Part shown: positions 60,369-64,000 of the stretch, one piece after another
Numbering within the stretch: position 1 is the first letter of the stretch
Layout: every line of letters starts with the position of its first letter
Origin: Actinomycetota bacterium
GTDB taxonomy: Bacteria; Actinomycetota; Actinomycetes; S36-B12; CAIYMF01
Direction of reading: 5' to 3'
Assembly: GCA_009697815.1 (NCBI GenBank)
Contig: WLRQ01000007.1
Span: 158-64,157 of the forward strand
DNA length: 64,000 bases
Made by a program: the position numbers and the translations under genes
Notes under the pieces: model-generated
The model's input: only the letters and a program-made list of their open reading frames with translations
Told to the model about the DNA's origin: nothing
Database searches by the model: none

Positions 60369-61450
60369 TGTCGACGCTGCACCGCCGCGACTTGATTCGT
60401 GCCGGGCTGCTCGAATCCGACCTTGATGCCCTTGTCGTCACCTGTGCCTCGAATGTGCGCTATCTCAGCGGATTCACGGGGTCTAGCGGTGCGGTCGTGA
60501 TCACTCGCCATCGCGATCAAGACCGCCTCGTCACAGATTCGCGCTACGAAATCCAGGCCGCAGCAGAATCGCCCGACCTCGCAGCTCTGGTGGAGCGCCA
60601 TGTCGCGCGCACCGCATTCGGCCATGCGGCCGCAAACGGCGCTGCCCGAGTCGGATTCGAGGCTGACGACCTCAGCGTCTCGACATTCGAGGCGTTGCGC
60701 GGGGCCCATGCCGCACTCGAGTTTGTGGCCACCTCGCGGGTGGTCGAGCAACTGCGGGCATGTAAGGACGACGACGAGATCGCATCTCTCACCGAGGCCT
60801 GCCGCATCGGCGACGTCGCACTCGCGCGGTTGATCTCCGAGGTACGCGTTGGCATGACTGAGCGCGAGATCGCCCGTCGACTCGACCAGCACATGCTTGA
60901 CGCCGGTGCGGACGCATCATCGTTCGAGACGATCGTCGCGTCTGGGCCGAACTCGGCGATCCCGCATCATCGTCCGACCACTCGACCGATCGAACCCGGG
61001 GACTTCCTCAAAGTTGACTTCGGCGCTCTCTATGCCGGTTATCACTCCGATGAGACGCGAACCTTCGTGGTCGGCGCCCAGCCTCTCGAGTGGCAGAGCG
61101 CACTTCATGCGCTTGTTGCTCGAGCGCAGCGAGCTGGCATTGATGCTCTCCGAGTGGGCGCGAACGTCCGCGACGTCGACCTCGCGGCACGTTCGGTGAT
61201 CGATGATGCTGGGCACTCCGCGCACTTCGGCCACGGCCTCGGGCACGGGGTGGGGCTCGACATCCACGAGGCGCCGATGATCGGATACTCCGCGACGGGT
61301 ATCCTGGGTGATCGCACGCCGGTGACCATCGAGCCGGGGGTCTATCTCCCGGGTCTCGGTGGTGTTCGCATCGAGGACACCCTCGTTGTTCTCTCCGGCG
61401 GGCCCGTGTCGCTCACCTCGACGACCCGCGAGCTGCTCGTCCTCGGATAG
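60368..61450 (+). CDS. pepQ: Xaa-Pro peptidase (M24 family)
   Basis: RYLSGFTGS, DFG...GYHSD.TRT, HGLGHGVGLDIHE, EPG, GVRIED. Confidence 0.92.
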   Translation: MSTLHRRDLIRAGLLESDLDALVVTCASNVRYLSGFTGSSGAVVITRHRDQDRLVTDSRYEIQAAAESPDLAALVERHVARTAFGHAAANGAARVGFEADDLSVSTFEALRGAHAALEFVATSRVVEQLRACKDDDEIASLTEACRIGDVALARLISEVRVGMTEREIARRLDQHMLDAGADASSFETIVASGPNSAIPHHRPTTRPIEPGDFLKVDFGALYAGYHSDETRTFVVGAQPLEWQSALHALVARAQRAGIDALRVGANVRDVDLAARSVIDDAGHSAHFGHGLGHGVGLDIHEAPMIGYSATGILGDRTPVTIEPGVYLPGLGGVRIEDTLVVLSGGPVSLTSTTRELLVLG

Positions 61451-61474
61451 AGGACCTCGACCAGGAGACCCTCC

Positions 61475-62035
61475 GTGGCAACGACGAATGATCTGAAGAA
61501 CGGCTTGGTCCTCAATATCGATGGTCAGCTTTGGACTGTCGTCGAGTTCCAGCACGTCAAGCCCGGCAAGGGGCCTGCGTTCGTGCGAACCAAGCTCAAG
61601 GCCGTCATGTCCGGCAAGGTCGTCGACAAGACCTTCAACGCCGGGCTGAAGGTCGAGACGGCCACCGTTGACAAGCGGGATATGCAGTACCTCTACCGCG
61701 ACGGCGACAGTTGGGTCTTCATGGATGTCTCCACCTACGAGCAGACCTACATCCCCGACGCCGTGATCTCCGACAACCGCAAGTGGCTGCTGGAGAACCA
61801 GAACGCCATCGTCGCCACGCACGAGGGCGTGCCGCTGTTCATCGAACTCCCCGCCTCGGTCGAGCTGATGATCACCTACACCGAGCCGGGCCTGCAGGGC
61901 GACCGCTCCACCGGCGGCACCAAGCCCGCCACCCTCGAGACTGGCGCCGAGATCGCCGTGCCGCTGTTCATCGAGAACAACACCAAGGTCAAGGTCGACA
62001 CCCGCGACGGTTCCTACCTCGGCCGCATCAACTAG
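61475..62035 (+). CDS. efp: Elongation factor P
   Basis: [27 protein letters not shown]. Confidence 0.98.
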   Translation: MATTNDLKNGLVLNIDGQLWTVVEFQHVKPGKGPAFVRTKLKAVMSGKVVDKTFNAGLKVETATVDKRDMQYLYRDGDSWVFMDVSTYEQTYIPDAVISDNRKWLLENQNAIVATHEGVPLFIELPASVELMITYTEPGLQGDRSTGGTKPATLETGAEIAVPLFIENNTKVKVDTRDGSYLGRIN

Positions 62036-62037
62036 CC

Positions 62038-62451
62038 GTGACAGCACGCGGCAAAGCACGTAAGCGCGCACTCGACATCCTCTACGAGGCCGACATGCGC
62101 GGCATCTCCGCAGTGGAGATCCTCGACGCGAAGGCTGAGTCCACTGAGCCCGTCAGCAACCCGTACACCACAGAGATCGTGTGGGGCGTGATCGAGCATG
62201 CCGACCGGATCGATGATCTGCTCTCAACCTACGCCCAGGGTTGGACTCTCGACCGCATGCCCGCGATCGACCGAAACCTCCTGCGTATTGGCACTTTTGA
62301 GCTGTTGTGGGCTGACGACGTTCCCGATGCCGTGGTGATCTCCGAGGCCGTGACCCTGGCGAAATCCCTCTCGACGGATGACTCGCCGACCTTCATCAAC
62401 GGCCTTCTCGGTCGCATTCTCGAGATCAAGCCCAAGCTCGCCCTCGACTAA
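62038..62451 (+). CDS. nusB: Transcription antitermination factor NusB
   Basis: ARKRALDILY, WTLDRMPAIDRNLLR, FINGLLG. Confidence 0.95.
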   Translation: MTARGKARKRALDILYEADMRGISAVEILDAKAESTEPVSNPYTTEIVWGVIEHADRIDDLLSTYAQGWTLDRMPAIDRNLLRIGTFELLWADDVPDAVVISEAVTLAKSLSTDDSPTFINGLLGRILEIKPKLALD

Positions 62452-62759
62452 GACAGGCGTCTGAGCCACTCGCGAATCCGGCCAACGACAGTGCACTACC
62501 CCCGCGAGATGTCTCACCTGTGACTACGGTGCGGACGGATCCTGGACGCCCCGTCCCGTGGACATCCGCGTCAGCGGCGATAACTGCCCTCACTGCGCGG
62601 CGAACGCCGCTCATGCCCGCGCCACGGCAACCGCCTGAGGGCGCTCAGTCAGCGCCCGGTCACGCTAGTGAGCGAGCGTAGGTCGCGTGGGTATAGCTGA
62701 ACCAACGCGACCGCGAAGGCGTCCGCCCATGCGTTCATGTTCCTCAAAGTTCGAAATCG

Positions 62760-62833
62760 TGCCCCGAGTGGGATTCGGACCCACACTGGATGGTGTTTGA
62801 GACCACTGCCTCTGCCGGTTGGGCTATCGGGGC
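62760..62833 (-). tRNA. tRNA-Leu(CAA), short variable loop, atypical T-loop
   Basis: Acceptor GCCCCGA/TCGGGGC, anticodon arm GTGGT-CTCAAAC-ACCAT, T-arm GTGGG-TCCGAAT-CCCAC. Confidence 0.88.
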
Positions 62834-62887
62834 GCGCCCAGAGCATATCGGGCGACGTGGGCACCCTGCGATCCGTAGGCTCAGGTC

Positions 62888-63499
62888 GTGACTGACTCGT
62901 CTTCTGATACCCGGAAACTCCGTGTCGTCGTCGCCGAGGACGAGGCTCTGATCCGCCTCGATCTCGTGGAGATGCTTCGTGAGGAAGGTTACGACGTCGT
63001 GGGCGAGGCCGCCGACGGCGAAGAGGCCGTACGTCTGGCCACCGCACTACGCCCTGACGTGGTGATGCTCGACGTGAAGATGCCCGTGCTGGACGGGATC
63101 ACAGCGGCCGAACGCATCGTGGCCGCCCGCATCGCCCCTGTCGTCATGCTCACCGCCTTTAGCCAGCGCGAACTCGTAGAACGCGCTCGTGACGCGGGGG
63201 TGATGGCCTATCTGGTGAAACCCTTCACCCAGGGCGAACTAGTGCCGGCTATCGAGTTGGCGGTGGGGCGGTATGCCGAGATCACCACCTTGGAGTCCGA
63301 GGTGGCCGATCTCGGACAACGACTCGAGACCCGCAAGCGCGTTGACCGCGCCAAGGCACTGCTTCAAGAGAGCTACTCACTCTCGGAGACGGACGCCTTC
63401 CGCTGGATCCAGAAGTCAGCGATGGATCGCCGGCTTTCGGTGCGCGAGGTGGCCGACGCAGTTGTGCGGGAACTCGGAAAGTCTTCCGGTGGCCAGTGA
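62888..63499 (+). CDS. pdtaR: REC-ANTAR response regulator (PdtaR-like)
   Basis: VAEDEALIRLDL, LDVKMP phosphoacceptor, YLVKPF, RKRVDRAKALL...E.DAFRWIQKSAMDRR. Confidence 0.9.
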   Translation: MTDSSSDTRKLRVVVAEDEALIRLDLVEMLREEGYDVVGEAADGEEAVRLATALRPDVVMLDVKMPVLDGITAAERIVAARIAPVVMLTAFSQRELVERARDAGVMAYLVKPFTQGELVPAIELAVGRYAEITTLESEVADLGQRLETRKRVDRAKALLQESYSLSETDAFRWIQKSAMDRRLSVREVADAVVRELGKSSGGQ

Positions 63500-63722
63500 A
63501 GACCAGTACGGATCGTGATCTCCGCATGATGATCGTCGCCCGAAATCTGGGTGATCAACATCACTGAGGGGAGGGCCTGAGGCCCACCTTGCCCGAGAAT
63601 TTCCGGACAAAGGGTTGCACTCGCAGCGCACTTGACCCCACAGTTCGACAAGCCAGACCAACACAGCAGGCTCACGTCGGCATCCGGGTCGGCCTGTCGC
63701 CACGAATCTCGGGAGGTCGACC

Positions 63723-64000
63723 ATGCTCCGATCTCCGGTAGTCGTCCGAGCCGCCACCGAGCAGGACGTGGAGTCCCTCACCCCGTTGTGGGACGAGTTC
63801 TGTGAGCAGATCGGCTCCAGCCTCGTCCCCTCTGGATTTATCGACGTCCCCGAACGAGTTCGCGAGCGGATCCGCATCTCGAACGCCACTGCCGAAGCCG
63901 GTGCCCGACCTACCTATCGCCTCGCCATTGCGCTCAGCGATGGGCAGCCGATCGCCTTCGCCTCCATGACCGTCGTCGATCGTGGACTGATGAGCGCTTC
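63723..64000 (+). CDS. Probable GNAT family acetyltransferase, 3'-truncated by window edge
   Basis: ATG behind GGGAGG; VVVRAATEQDVESL..LW and LAIALSDGQPIAFA GNAT-like N-terminus; open to window end. Confidence 0.6.
   Translation, partial: MLRSPVVVRAATEQDVESLTPLWDEFCEQIGSSLVPSGFIDVPERVRERIRISNATAEAGARPTYRLAIALSDGQPIAFASMTVVDRGLMSA

Noticed and set aside
62649-62738. 29-aa minus-strand ORF MNAWADAFAVALVQLYPRDLRSLTSVTGR downstream of tRNA-Leu
   Set aside because: No RBS, no recognisable motif, too short to support
1-64000. CRISPR arrays, rRNA, transposases, integrases, prophage or defence genes
   Set aside because: None recognised anywhere in the window

Overview
High-GC (roughly 67-68% by eye) actinobacterial chromosomal segment. 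Most of it is the conserved actinobacterial housekeeping backbone: tRNA-Val, thrS-HIT, EF-G2, the PIM lipid genes pgsA-patA-pimA, pdxST-yebC-ruvCAB-yajC-secDF-apt-rel, DUF349/cyclophilin, hisS-aspS, rarA, alaS-ruvX-mltG-aroE, then aroCKBQ-pepQ-efp-nusB, tRNA-Leu and an ANTAR response regulator. The main accessory block is ~17 kb between aroE and aroC (39.9-57.1 kb). It holds a monoderm type IVa pilus locus (pilB, pilT, pilC, two ~85% identical major pilins, three large minor pilins, pilD, pilMNO, a PilP-like gene, no secretin). Directly upstream is a sensor-less conservon/MglAB-like switch: a Roadblock/LC7 protein, a DUF4388(PATAN)-wHTH protein and a small GTPase. The same promoter-like motif, CTCAAG-N15-GCCGA(T/A), sits upstream of the switch module and of pilT, pilA2 and pilM, with one-mismatch variants before pilA1 and the minor pilins. 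This suggests a sigma28/FliA-WhiG-type regulon coupling a GTPase switch to the pilus motor, and is the best candidate for an undescribed system. Other oddities are a 227-bp inverted-repeat element whose ends contain the stop codons of both flanking convergent genes, and a non-canonical FtsH paralog coupled to a lipoprotein. No CRISPR array, rRNA, transposase or integrase was seen. All family assignments are from motif recognition by eye, not database searches.
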